Positions 27,270 to 41,538 of a stretch of DNA of 64,000 nt are shown in pieces. The position numbers and the translations under genes are program-made. The stretch is from Geosiphon pyriformis uo1 (Eukaryota > Fungi > Glomeromycota): NCBI GenBank assembly GCA_016748015.1, contig JAAOMT010000047.1, forward strand, positions 126,977 to 190,976, in the 5' to 3' direction. The notes below the pieces were generated by a model. It was not told where the DNA came from, did no database searches, and saw nothing but the letters and a program-made list of their open reading frames with translations. The number at the start of each line of letters is the position of its first letter. The stretch's first letter is position 1.

Positions 27270-30234
27270 GGAACAATATATATAATTTATTTTCAAGAAA
27301 ATTACAAATGCTTCGAGGCAAAGAATGTTGAAAGGACCGTTTTATAAAGTAATTCAGCAATAATATTTACCATTCGGATTATAATTAGTTTTTCACAGGT
27401 GGAAAATTCTCAGCTCTGAAGATTAAAATATTTATTATTTAAAAGTTTACTTTAACTTTTTCGAGAATAATCTTGACACGACGAAAACTCCAAATCCATC
27501 AAAAAACTTATTCAGCTAACCCTTGATGAATCTCATTCATTAAATTCCTAAATATTGGTATTCACTGAATATTTTGAAACCCCTTTTTAATTCTAATAAG
27601 TTTGAAATTCTTCACCTAATATTTCAACACAAATCTTGTCATTACGAATCTGACCAAATATAATCTCCACATTCATCTTTTCACAAATGTAACCTTTAAC
27701 TTTTTCATAATGACCTCGGGTTCCAATCCAAATTTCCGAATAAGTTTCGGTTGTAGAAATTCAGGGCATAAAGTTATTCCAAATACGAACGATAAACTAT
27801 GGTAATTGAGTGTTTCCATGGCCAAAGGGGGTGCAGAACTTTTTTAGATAATTCGGTGTATCGTGGAAATCCCAGACATTATCTCTTAATATAATAAAAA
27901 ATATGTTTTAAACCTTTCATATTAGTAGGAAAAGGTTTTCCATTAAGCATAAACTTATAATTTGCCTAATGAATTTTAAGCGTTGCTAGGGAAATAACTT
28001 TGTAAAAATTTGAAAACTATAATTCTAAACCGTCATTTTTTAGTAGAGAACTTGATTGACAATCTAACAAAAATGTGTCTCAAGGGTATAATTATCATAC
28101 TCAGATTTTTTTATTTTTCCTGTCTTTTGGATGTTTAATACCATGTTTAAATATGAACCATTCGGACGATAAAGTGACTGAAAAACTGCACTTTGGATTT
28201 TTATTAATTCAGCATAATCAGATAATTAATATATTTTATTTGATAAGAGTATCAGGTTAAACTATGAATTTACTGCATATCACATCACACATATAAAAAA
28301 TACTTGAAATAGAAATCTCTATTAGATATATTGAATGGGGCTTGTCACTAAAAATTGCAAAATATTCATAATTTTTTTGTTATAACTGAGCTTTCCCCCA
28401 TTTGTACTGATCTTAAACAATGTCTTATTCCTTAGACTTTTTATTTCATTTACTTTTCAACACAATCCGTTTAAAAATGTTTCAAATCCTTTTTATATAT
28501 ATCTGGTCAAGTGTACAATGCTTTTAACAGAAATAAATTTACTTATAGTTAAAGAATAATCTACAATTAAAAAATATTAGAATATAAACTAAAATATAGG
28601 AATGATTAATTAAATTACATTTTAAAAATTATGTCTGATGCTATTTAATTTTGATTGATTTTAATGAAATTTACTACCAAGATTAAATATGTACCAGTTA
28701 TTTTTTATCATAATTTTTAACTTTTTCAAAATTTACATTAGAGCATTTTACAATCCAAGTTTGTACATTTAAATGTTTATTAATAAATTAATGAATTTTA
28801 TAATTAATTGTGTAAAATTATTATTTTGACTAAATATATTTTTGAAATTGGGTTAAATAATTTATTCTCTCAATATTTTTTACTAATAAAATAAAATTAT
28901 TAATATTTTACTGGACTGTTTATAATCAACCATAATTTTAAACTTTTAATAATCTTAAACAAATTATTTTTGATTAATTTTATTTATATTTCCAAATAGC
29001 AATAAACTTTAGGCGTATTCTTTAACGTTATATATATTTTAAAGCTTTATAGTAACATTATGTTCGAATTTGAAATTATTTTGGAGTTATAAAGCTATTT
29101 TTAGTCTTAAATTATTAATATCCCAAATTATTTTATAAAGTATATGATTTATGTTAATCTATTTATTTTGACAATTTGCAAATTTTTAAAGCTTATGTTA
29201 TTTTACATAAATCTTTTATTTTTTTCTGATTATAAAAATACTTTATTATTAATCTTTGCATTTTCTGGCTTTATAATATTATATCATAATAAGATAATAA
29301 CTGTAATACTTTTTTATTTATTAATCTTTAAAAAAACAATAAATTAATTAGTCTTTTCTTGTTATTTCAAAATTAAAAGCTGAAATTTTTTACAATACAT
29401 ATATTTTTTTCAAATTCTTTCTATGTGTCATTGTAAATTATGTTTTTTGGTAATATATTGATAATTATTATTATTGAAAAACTTAATGTAATACTTTACA
29501 CATATTTTTAGTTGCTAATATAATTTGTAAATTTTGTTTGTTTTATTGAGTTCTAATTAAATAAATATTATAAGTAAATATCAGAAATAATTTAATAAAA
29601 AATTATTTTGCTTATTTTATTAACAAATATATATCATAAATGTTTTTTCTAAATTTTCATAACAGTCCTAAATTATTTTTAATAGCTTATCTAACCAAAA
29701 CCAAAAGAACATTTTATCTTTTAAATATAAATTTTATTTACATTATATTATAAATGTTGATTACTTTTTGAGTTTTTTTTATTTATTTGGATTTACTCTA
29801 AATTAATAAGTGTTTTTTGTCTGTTTTGATTGCTTTAATATTTTATAAAACCATAAACTCTTTCAAAAACACAATTAAATTAATTAGATTTAGATTTCAA
29901 AATATAAAATTTGTCTAATAATAATGATATAACTAATTTAAAAATAAGTTATAAGTATTAAAAAAAACTAAATTAAATAATTAAATAATCAATTTTGGAA
30001 TTACACCCATATATTTTTATAATAACTATGTTAAAGTTAACCGATTCTGCTTATAATAAAGTATCACAATCTACAAAAATATTATACAATCTTTTATTAT
30101 ACAAATTTTATATAAATTTTAACTGTAAAATATATATTTTTGTCTTTTATTATTATGAATTTATATTTAAAGCTATATAGTATTGTTTGCAAACTTTATA
30201 CTTTTTTAGGTGAATATTTTTCGCCTTCGAGATA

Positions 30235-33200
30235 TCTACAAAGTCATAATATTATTATTATTAATTTTTGTTTCCACTTATTTAAAGTGTAAAAAAAGAT
30301 AAAAAGCATATTTGCGAATTTAAATTGGTTATAACTAGGTTCTACTTGTGTTTTAAACACTTAAAAAGTGCGCTGAAAATATCATTTTTCATTAAAATCT
30401 TTAAATAGCTATCATAAAGTTTGATATTTATTAAAAATTTTGTAAAATTAATTTTTTTTATTTATCTCTTTAAGGATATTTTTAATTAGATGAAATATTT
30501 AATAAGAATAAATTCTTTGTTTTGAATAATCTGTGTTGTCCCTTAGTTTTTAATTTAAGTAAAACTTCTATAATTTTTTTTCAAATTTTAATGTGAAAGA
30601 AATAATCGAAATGAATTTAATTTCAACGGTCAAAAATTACATTTTGACTGAGTAGTTTAATATATCACCTTAAAAATCAATTATCTTGTAAAAAAACATG
30701 CCTTTTGAACATATTTTTTAATGTTATAATTGAATTATAATATTTAATTTTTGAAAACTAAACATAAATAAAAAAATTTGAAAAATTCTTAAGACAAAAT
30801 TTTACAAATTTAATTAAATATATTTACAAAATCTTTTCTGTAATTTTTGCCCAAATTTTTCGGTTTGAAACAAAATTATGAAATTATTACTTATTCTTAA
30901 ATTTTAAACAAACATATTATTGAATGAATTATTTTTATTTAAAAATCCCACATTTATTTTATAAACTATTCAGTATAATAAAATATGACAAATAAAACAT
31001 CACTCTTTTAGCTTTAATGCAAGTATTAATGCAATTTGAAATACTATCTAATAATTAATGGAAGAAATCAGATCATAGATGACATCAAACTTCTTTTACA
31101 AGATATTTAACATCAATAATATTACTTAGATTTGGTTTGTGTCTAAGTGTATTTTTGATCTTATGCTAAAAAAATTTGATTGAATTTAGGTTTGGGCTGT
31201 GAACAAATCTATTCAGCGTTCAAATTTTGTTGTTTTTAAGGTGTGTGGCTTTGCCTTATTTTGTTGAAAATAAACTTAATGCAATAAATTTTGGTTTAAT
31301 GTTAATTTGTATTTTACATTTTTTTGAATCTTTAAAATAATATATATTATGGTTTAATAAATCTTGTTTGTTATTATATTTTGTGTTACTTATTAAATAA
31401 ATACCTACAATATTTTTTTTGGGTAATCGCTTCACTCGAGAATTAGGCCTGATTACCTCAGTTCAAATTTAATTCAACTTAATTTAATTGATTTTTATTA
31501 AGGTTATCTATGTTTGAAATAATTCATGAAATTAGGATGAAGCTAGTCAAAAATAAACCATTGAAAACCATTTTTTACAAAAATTATTCGATCAATCGGG
31601 AAAAGTCCATAAATGGATAAGTTTATGATTATTATTTTTTAACGTTAAGTTTTTATACAATTTTATAGAGTTATTAGCTTATTTTTTTATGTTACAAACC
31701 GAATTAAAAAAAAGGCCAAATAAATAAACCATGGTTGATCAAATATATGTCATTGTTTATTTTATAACATAGCTATTTTTACACCAAAAAAAACAAAAGT
31801 TCCTTCCAAATATATCGTTGTAAACTCATTAGTTTTGTATGATAATGGTATTTAATTATAATATGCTCCAATTTTGATGAGATTAATAGTTACATATTCA
31901 ATCAAGCTCTTTAAAAATGAAATTTCTTGAGTACATTAGATTTTCCTGCTCTCTAAATACCTTTTCAAAGACTAATTATCAATTTAAATCATGGAATGTG
32001 TGAGGTTTTTGCGTCCGTATTTAAAGATTCTATATATAATTCTAGAGCTCAAATTATTTTTGAATAAATTTAACGCAAACAAATATTTCGCTGATTTTTG
32101 TAATTCAGCTTAAGAATATCACTTCAACCTGGGTTGGTTAGTCTTGTCACCCAAAGGTACCCTTAATAAGATCCCCTCTAACTTATTGGTGTTTAATGTT
32201 TCTTTAATTTACTCGTGGATTAATGGCACTCTACCAGTCAGGAAATAGATTTAACTTATTTTAATGAGTTAAAGAAAAAAATGTACTCAACATCATTCAA
32301 TCAATAGCCTGGAGATAAATATCGAGTGAAGCGAATATTGTAAACATTTTTTTTAATAAGGTAACACATAATAAACAAGATTTAATAAACCATAATATAT
32401 ATTATTTTAAAACTTCAAAAAAATCTAAAATACAAAAATTAACATTAAAGCAAACCTTATTACTTGGTTTAACAAAATAATGCATAGTGACACACTTTAA
32501 AAAAATGTTTGAATGTTAAATTGGTTTTTTCAAAGCCCAAAACCTAGATTTAATCAAAAATACTCTTGGCATGAGATTAAAAATACACCTGTACGCAAGT
32601 AATTTTATTGATTTCAAATGTTTTGTTCAAGAACTCTAATGTAATCTATCTGATTTCTCCCATTAATTGGTAGATAGTATCTCAAATTGCATTGATGTTT
32701 GTATTAAAGCTAAAAGAGTTTCAACAAAAATGCTTTATTTATCATAATGTGTATAAATTATTATTTTAACAAAATATGTCTCAAATTGGGCAAAATACAT
32801 TAGTTTGGACAAAATAAATATTAGCTTGGATTAAAATGAATTTTGTTTGACATTAAAATTTAAATTTCATGAAAAAATAATTAAAATCATTTGAAATTTT
32901 AAAATAATGCACATAATGATTTAATATCTATTAGCTTAGAATAACAAAGCTTGCTTTTAAAGGTTTTCGCATTACTTTATTTTAAACCTTTTCATATTTT
33001 ATTATACCCAATAGTTTTATAAAATAAATGTGGGATTTTTTAATAAAAATAACTCATTTTAAAATATGTTTTATTTAAAATTTAAGAATAAGTAATAATT
33101 TCTTGATTTGTTTCAAACCGAAAAATTGGGGCAAAATTGACAGAAAGAATTTTTGTTGATGTTGAGTTTTCAAAAATAACATTAAAAAAATATGTTCAAA

Positions 33201-33700
33201 GTGCATGTTTTTTTTACAAGTTAATTGATTTTGAAGGGTGAATATATTAAACTACTCAGTCAAATGTATTTTTGACTATTGAAATTAAATTCATTTCGAT
33301 TATTTCTTCCACATTAAAAATTGAAAAAAATCTATAATATGATTATAAACAGTTTAAATTATAGAATTTCTACTTAAAAATAAACTTAAAAACGATACAT
33401 ATTATTAAAACAAACAATTAATTCCTATTAAATATTTCATTTAATTAAAAATATAATTAAAGAGATAAATAACTTAATTGATAATTTATAGAAAAAAATA
33501 ATTTTACAAAATCTTTCATAAATATTAAATTTCATGATGGCTATATTAAGATTTTAATAACAAATAATATTCTTAACACTTTTTTAAGTGTTAAAAACAT
33601 TAGTATAACCTAATTATAATTAATATTAATTCCAAATATTCTATTATCATTTAAATAAGGAGAAACCAAAATTAATAAAAATAAAATTATGAATTGTATA
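30235..33700. mobile_element. Foldback / MITE-like element: ~1.2 kb imperfect inverted arms (~30235-31405 and ~32345-33700) carrying Tc1 transposase 3' relics
   Basis: Example pairs: gactgagtagtttaatatat (~30646) with atatattaaactactcagtc (~33242); aaaataatatatattatggttt (~31335) with aaaccataatatatattatttt (~32387). The arms translate outward as QNKAKPHT...HSPNLNSIK..HKIKNT and W..QSP.L.LIK..WHEIKNT. Confidence 0.8.
32144..32320 (+). repeat. Dispersed ~170 bp repeat, copy 1 (in the foldback spacer)
   Basis: ttgtcacccaaag(g)tacccttaataa...tactcgtggattaa...tgtactcaacatcattcaatca also occurs at 54531-54695. Confidence 0.85.
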
Positions 33701-34199
33701 TTTTTGTCAAAATTTTAAATAATTTTATTATTTTCAATAAAAATTACAAAATATTATTAAGTATCAAGGATTTTGGAATATTTGTGTTTACTTTTAATCT
33801 TCAACAACTTTAAAAAGGCAATTTTTTATTGAAAATTCTTTGCATTTAAGAATTTTTATATGCATAAAGTATAGCAACAAAATTTCATTTTTGTAAATTT
33901 TAAATAATCAAAAATATTAAAAATTGAACAGAATTATAAAATTAATTAACATATACTATTTAAAAAAAATCTTATATTTTTTAATACTAATTATTAATTG
34001 TGTCTATTCTTCTTATAATATAGTGAATAATACACATATATTTGCAAAACAATCAAAAAGCAACTTCTTTTTTTTCAAAAAATTAATGTTAATACTTTTA
34101 AAATATTAAAGAACAGTATTTTTTAAAAGCACTTTTTTTAATCAAAGTTTGTTTTTTCATTTTTAAAAAATAAAGTATTGGCTTTTCTAATTTTTTTTG

Positions 34200-35700
34200 T
34201 GTCTATACTAATTTTATTATAGCAATACCAATTACAGTGCTTGAATTTATTTTGATTGTAAACAATAATAGCAATAGCATGTTTGTTAAGTCAGATTAAC
34301 ATATAGTTATATTGAATATGTTAAAATTTTGCTATTTTTAAAAATAAAACAAATTATATCTTTATATATAACTTCAAACAATAATTCTATTATATTATTT
34401 AATTATAAGAATTGAATTAATGAGATTAAAACTGAAACTTTGTTTTTTTTTGTTTTTTAGTAATATTAATAGTTTAATAATATTCAAAAAATTATTACAA
34501 GTTTTTAAAGATTTTTTGAATAAATAGTTTTTATTTTGGTTTTATTGGTATTAAATTAATTATAAAAGATAATATTAAGCTCTTTTATATGAAGTTTATA
34601 TTTTATATTTCTTAAATACTGCTATTAAAATTGAACTTGATTATTTTTTTCTGACTATTTTTAAAATTGCAAAGTTTTTTGTGGTTTTTGTTTTTGCTGT
34701 TGTTGTTTTTTATAATGATTTTTTAAATGTCTTTTCTGATAATATTAGAAATATTTTTGGTATTTTTGATCTTTAGTATTAAGTTGAAATCTACTCGATT
34801 ATAACAATATGCTATTATGTATTTTAAGTTATTTATGGTTTTTAATGCTGTTTTTATTTGCTGATTGGTATTAGTAAAAAAATAGTGTATGAATTCTTTT
34901 TTTCTTAATTAAAAAAATTATTGTCTTTTGTAATATATATTTTACATCAATTTGGTTAATTTTTTAACTATACTGTTTTAAAATTAGTAATTAGTTGTTT
35001 AAGTTGGCAATTAAACTTGTTTTATTTTTTATTTATTTAATTTAAATATTATTAAAAACAACTATTATTACTTTTAAATTCAAGAAATCTTTTAATATTG
35101 CTATTGTTAAAACTAAATTTTGTAAAAAAGTTATATTTAATAAAAGATAGTTTTTTTGAAATCTTTGCTGTGTAAGTTAACCCAATTAATTGAATCTGTA
35201 ATTAAATTTATTAGAGCTTTATTTATTTTGGTTATGTTCTTGCTTTCTGGTAAAAATAAATTGAAGTTTTGAATTAAATTTTTTGCTAGTATTTTTAAAA
35301 ATGCTTTAATTGGTTTCTACAAAACCAAGAAAAATTTCAAAAAGTTTAATCTTAGATAAAGAGATGTGTAATAAAGAAAGATTTGTTATAGACGATGTAA
35401 ATTTTATCTGTTTGGTAAATATGTAAAAGTTGTTTGATCTTTATGTGAAGTTTAGTATTAAAAAAACCAGATTATGGTTGAGTGTATTTGTCTTTAAAAC
35501 TAAGAATTTGAATTACATTATTTGTAAAATAGGTGAGACGAGGTTATTTTTTCTCTATATTGTACTCTAATGTTGTTTTAATATAAGTTTAAGTGGCTGG
35601 TCACATTTAAAAAGTGCAGGATTCAGCTTATAGTTTGACAAATCTTTGTGGAAACTGGTATAGATATTGGAAGAATCACACTTTGTTATAACATATAAAA
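34200..35700 (-). mobile_element. Decayed, C-depleted retroelement-like sequence
   Basis: Extreme AT content, strand-skewed composition, almost no CpG, no intact ORF. Family not identifiable. Confidence 0.3.
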
Positions 35701-36561
35701 AAATAAAAAATAATAATTCTAATTTCTTTCAGTTTAAAAAATTTATAAAAAATTAAATTATTTAAGAGATAAATATTTGTCACATAAACAAATTTTTTAA
35801 AAAGAAATCTGTAAATTTAATGCAAATTAATTTTTTAATTAAAATAATAATAAAGAATATTTTAACCAGAAATATATCAAAATATGACAAGTAAAACGTC
35901 AAAAAATAGTAAATAAATAAATCTTCATTTTAAAATAAACTTAATGTAATAAAACACAAAAATTCTTATATATAAGGTAAAAGGAAGTATTTTGGGAATG
36001 GAGATATTGTAACGAAGTTAATAATTTGTGATTGGTTGTATAAAAAATGTCATTTATTTAAGTGAGAAAATGACATACTTATTTTCCCACACGAATTTAT
36101 TTTGCTAAATTTGCTATTCGTCATAATACCTCCATTCGCCAAAATGCCCTTTTACTTTAAAATGTTTAAACTATATAATCTTCCCGATTATGATCAAAAA
36201 TTTCAACATTTATTACAGAACAACTTCTTGATAATATATTCAGTAAAAGGGAAAAAACGCGTCGATCCAAAAATCAGGATAAGCACCTTTCTTTTTACCT
36301 GAAGTCCTATAACAATTAATCACTGAAGCAGTATGGTACAAATCAAAGATTGTGATGCATTCTTGAATTGTCTGGAACCTTTTGCGATAATAAAAATTTA
36401 CATTCATATACATGACTCTTTAAAATATGAAAAACATAGCTCAATTATTGATATGTTTCCCTCCAAATGCTCAACTTTTTTACCACTTAAATTTATTCAT
36501 CAACTTAATTATACTAAATAATGATATATATTCCCCCCTTATTAGCGCTTGCCAGCAAACT

Positions 36562-37308
36562 TTAATTTCGATCTATAAATTCCAAGATCAAATGAAGCTC
36601 CCCTTGACTTCTAAGTCCTATCCATTCTGGCAGTTTGACCCAAGTATCTACGTAACCAGTCGAAAACACATGTTTTAGATCAATTTTGACATCGCCAAGC
36701 TAAATAAATAGGACGAAAAGGATGAAATAATTATTTAAGATCTTATGATTTTCAAAATAAAACAGTATATGAACCTCATCATCAAGACGACCATGATCTT
36801 CATCATAAACTTGAATATGAAGAGTATGTTCTTTCTCGACGTGACTAAAACCAAATGAAAAAAGTAATTTAATATCGTACTAATCGAATCTTTTATAATA
36901 AAAAAATTGCAAAAAATTTATAAATCATGCTTACAATTTAAAATCTTCCTCCCAATACGGTTCTAAGGTGTCTTGTTTTGTGGTACTTCTTTGTTTGTAT
37001 CGTTTGTCAAAGTAGAGTTCTACGTATGGGTCACTTTTTCCTGAATAAGCAGAGTGGGTTAAAATCAGTTTCCTCTATTTACAAGAATGACTTGATAAAG
37101 TTTACATGTCCAAGGAATTAATATTGAAAATTATCTAAAAAAGTACCTATCACATCTTTATCTTTTAAGTTCTTGGCTTCAACTGGAGGAAGATAATTTA
37201 ATAAATTATAATATTTGTAGGCAATTTCTTCTTCAAAAATCAAAGTTAGTCAAGTAAATTTGATTTGAAAAACGTACGAAGAAGAACGCTCAATTTTCCA
37301 GCAGGCAT
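36562..37308 (-). CDS. Small single-C2-domain Ca2+/phospholipid-binding protein, copy A (~126 aa)
   Basis: Exons 37308-37278, 37182-37147, 37040-36935, 36844-36775, 36699-36562: MPAGKLSVLLLEAKNLKDKDVIGKSDPYVELYFDKRYKQRSTTKQDTLEPYWEEDFKFHVEKEHTLHIQVYDEDHGRLDDELGDVKIDL...GELHLILEF. Confidence 0.92.
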
Positions 37309-37995
37309 TTTTCGTTAACAAGATAAAAAAGTTTCAAAGTAAAAAGTGCAATAACTCTAGATGTTTGAACGAGATATTAGATGGAATGAAGGATTATCCA
37401 TAAAAACCTTTCCTTTTCGATAAACACATTATTAGAAAGCGCCATCACACATGAGATTTCATGATTTGGAATATTTCCCACCATGTCAAACAAACACTGA
37501 GCAAGAAAATACCTGAATATTCCTGAATGACTTATCATGGCGGAATCTTATGACGTCAGGCGCCATTGATGATCATCTCTAGCCACAAAGTTTATTGAAA
37601 GTATAATTTTGAAGTTTCTCATTTTTTTACTTTTGTCTTTACTAATATTTTTAATTTTTATTCGGATACGGAAAATCTTCAATTTGATTACTACAATATA
37701 ATCCTACCATTGAATTTGAAATACTGAAAAAAAAGAATGATTTTATGCAAACTGTCAGGGATTCAAGTTATTTTTAAAATATTTTTTGTAAATTGTTCAC
37801 GCAATTAATGGAAATAAAAAAAGAATCTCGGGATTTGTTGGGAAATTAATTAAAAATTGAGATTCAAAAAAATAATGCTCAATTTTTAAAAGTGCCTAAG
37901 GATGCACATTTTTACAATTTTCTAACTAAAACTAATTACATTATTATAACATCATTATAAATTTACACCAAAAAAATGTCGAAAATAAAATATTT

Positions 37996-40900
37996 TCAAA
38001 GTTCCAAAATACAATTACTCGCACCACATTGGCCAATTGAATCAAACGCGTCTTGTTCGGCTGTTGTTGCGGTGCATCCACCTTGACCACAACCGCCACC
38101 ACACGACAAGGATCCAGCCACATGTGAATATGTCGAAACTATTTATTTAACATGTTATAATTTATCAGCGAAATTTTATCATTCGCTTCGTAAAAAGTAA
38201 AAGTCTTTACCTTGGCTTCCAAAAAAAATCCCGGCTGAAGAACTCGGGTGTGTACTAATGGCACATTCAAATTTCGCAGGCGTTGTAAAAGGCTTCAAGG
38301 CCGATGCATCATATGATTTAGATTTCGCATGAGATTTTCCCAGAAAACTATATTTATAAATAATAAGGTTGTATAAGGAAAAGCCCAAGAATCTTTTAAC
38401 TCAAATTTTGAGAAACATTTACTTTTTATTTTTAGCCTGCTGTCCAGCTTCCTCTAAATTTTGTTCATACTTCAAATCATCTAAGCTTATGCTACCTTTC
38501 AAAGGGGGAACCAGATAGGATTGTTGTCGATCGTTGGGCTCGGCGTCAGCAGGTCTTTTTTGTTTTTTCAGCTTCCAAATCAAGAACGCCGCATAAGGAG
38601 GTACCACAGCAGCAATCATTTTACGCGATGGAATTAGCCAATTTTTTTTGGTATTTTCATTTGAATAAGGTTCTTTATACTTTTTATGCCAAATTTTAGA
38701 TGTTTTCGCAAATGCGCCTTCCAAAGTTGATTGAGGGATGGTATCATCATGATTTACTACGCGTTTCAAATGTGTTTTCATGAATTTTCGGTATGGACGA
38801 GGATGTAATAGATGAGTATGCCAGCATAGATCAATATCGAGAGTAGGAACCAGACACGCATTCGGTTTTCTTCGCATTAGCCGTAAAAATCTTTGGTATC
38901 GAGCTACAGCTTGATTTAAACTATCGGCATGATATATCGCCTGATTGCCAACCATTTTATGTGTAAATTCCCTTTGACGTAATACTGCGCTCACCAAATC
39001 AATAGAGAATGGTGAAGTCAAGCCAGCATAAGAGGAAACCAATCGCTTGACGACTCCTTTTCTCAAATTTGATAATTTCCATTGTCTTTTCAGTTCTCCC
39101 ATTCGGAATTGAATAGCTTTGATAATATTTGGCCATTGACATTGGGAAGATTTTAACCTTTGCACAGCGACCATATCGACAATATGGGCGCTACGAACAT
39201 CAAAGAGATATTCACAATCAGACTTGGAAGCTTTTGTATCGGCTTCCCCAGACTTGACATCGACTAAAGTACCTCTGAAGAATAAGACATGAAAAAAGTT
39301 AATGAGTTTGAAATGGATTGTATTGGGAATTTCGAATACTCACCCAATGTATGGTTTTCTTAATATAATTCGAAATAAAAAGAGCATAGTTAGTCAACTG
39401 TAAATAATTGTGCAAAGAATGATGTGTCTGAACTGTTTACCTGGTGGTTGGGTTTTTCCTAAAATAAATCAAATAATAAGTCAGACTTAAATTTTTTACT
39501 GAATTCAAGAGGATTTCATAATTTCAAGAAACCAACCCTTCGTCCATTCCTTTGCTTATCATCCAATCCGCAACGTCATCCAAGAATCTTTTGGCACTCA
39601 TTGAATCGATGGATAAGAAGGCACCACATTGTAAACACTTTTCATGGTGCTCTGGGGTTCGCATCAAGTTCACATAGTTTTGTCTTTACAAAAAAAAAAT
39701 TCTTTATAAATATTAAATCGATTAATTCAAAACAGATGTAAATATAAATTTTCCGCATACGATGTCAATTGTAATGGCATAGCACACCATGGACAGTCCA
39801 CTTCAAAATCTGAATTGTCGAATGGATCTAGAAACCAAGGTTTGCCAGTTTGTTTCTCCCAGATTTGTTTGGATCGTTCATGCATATGCTCAGAGCTTCG
39901 TTTCCACAATTCACTCTACAATTCCCGAGGAAGAAATGAGACACGTCTACTATTGAACAAAAAATACACTTTATCAAATACCAGTTTTCTAAGAGGGAAG
40001 TTGTAGTTTAAGGCCCGATTCAAATGTAACCGACGCGTGTCTTCATAGTAACGAATTGGAGATAAGCAATGAGCATGCCAAATATAAGAAACATCTTTAA
40101 AGAAATAAAGCAAGTTAGATTAATTAGCAATTTGAAAGAAAATTTTAAAACCTTCACAATACTTTAAAGGCAAGTACCCAGAGGAGGAACTGGAGGGCTA
40201 GAAAAATTTCCCTTGTCAAGCAAGTCTAGCCATAGAAAGTATCTTTCTTGAGCTCGTAGCAAATACCTAAGGTCAATGTGGCTGTCAGAATGTTCAAGAC
40301 TTTGGAACTTTTTCAATACCTCCAGATGTGCGCTTAATTTCTCAGGATTAATCACGTCATCAAGTGTAAACCGCGTCCTTTCACGTCTATGAACCACAGG
40401 TTCCTCTGGTGTTGCAGCTGGTGCAAAGTTAGTCGTTTTAGAGACAATGTTCTTTAATCGGTAAATTGCTATGAATTTTTCATTATGTTTATCTTGCTCA
40501 ATGTCAGCGTCAACGTCACCATCACCATCATCCGCTTCTGCTTGAGCTTGAGCTTGAGCTTGAGCTTTTGCCTTTAAATTTGGAGCTGTTGCTCGTCTGT
40601 ATAATTTCCCAATAGGATTCCTAGTTTCTTTTGTATTTACTTGATCACGACTTTTACTTTTCTTTAGCGTTTTTACTTTGAGAAAGGTGGTCGACGATTT
40701 TTTGCGAAGAGATTTATGAACAGTGACAGTCCCTTTATTCAAATAAACTGTTCTTTCTTCAGGTTTTTCAGAAAGTGAATGTGACGACATTCTGCTGGTG
40801 TTACTAGTGAGAATTGAAGATGCGAGTGAAGCTCGTTTATCAAATTTGGGTAAGCTAGTTTTATCTTTCTGAGATGGTGTCGCGTTTGACTGATGTTTAT

Positions 40901-41225
40901 TGAATTTCAGCGATCCGGTGAAAAAGTTTCTGATGATACTTGCCGGCTGGGAAAAACAAGAACGTTTTGGTGATTGTAATTCAGGTGATGATAATGATGC
41001 AGGAGGAATTGGTAAATTTGTCGCCGTCAGAGAATTCGAATTAGGATGCAATGTAGAAGCGGTCTTATAAGAGTGAAACGCGACTGCGTCTTTATGTATA
41101 GTATCAAGTACTACCCTTTTTTCGGAATTATTGAGAGCAACCTGAGAAATTGGTAGTAGTTTAACGTCGTAAGTTTCATCATGATGTTGCACATTGTAGA
41201 CGCTTTCCATGCTGGTTTTCCGCAT
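37996..41225 (-). CDS. DUF1399 / glycine-rich domain-containing (GRDP-like) protein, ~875 aa
   Basis: Exons 41225-40178, 40094-39982, 39915-39761, 39683-39537, 39458-39441, 39358-39344, 39274-38423, 38347-38211, 38138-37996 (total 2628 nt). Repeated domain motifs PPLDVSYIWHAHCLSP.RYYED and VPTLDIDLCWHTHLLHP..Y, plus DLVSAVLRQREF, NHDD, CxxC pairs (CPWC, CLQC) and a C-terminal SCGGGCGQGGC. Confidence 0.88.
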
Positions 41226-41485
41226 TATTCGCTGTCTTTCTTTTTCACCGGAGGAATTATTTTATCTGTCGTATGATGACAAATTTTCGGTGATTAAAAA
41301 GAGAAACGCTTTAATGCAAACCGTTTTTGGCAGCAGCAAGAAAACGGGCCAGAGTAAATCATCAATCATGATAATATATTACCACACTGGTATATTATAA
41401 GCATCATGAAAAATAAACAATGCATCTCCTTCATTAATGATTAAGTATAAAGTTTGATAATTAACATGCGTAATGTTGTTTATCG

Positions 41486-41487
<2 letters not shown>

Positions 41488-41533
<46 letters not shown>
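41488..41533. repeat. Poly(dT) tract, 46 nt, ~260 bp upstream of the GRDP-like start codon
   Basis: Uninterrupted T run. Confidence 0.95.

Positions 41534-41538
<5 letters not shown>

Noticed and set aside
28560-30200. Short I/L/F/K-rich ORFs in AT-rich blocks (also ~33900, ~54000, ~57500)
   Set aside because: Composition artefacts of decayed repeats; no family could be supported.
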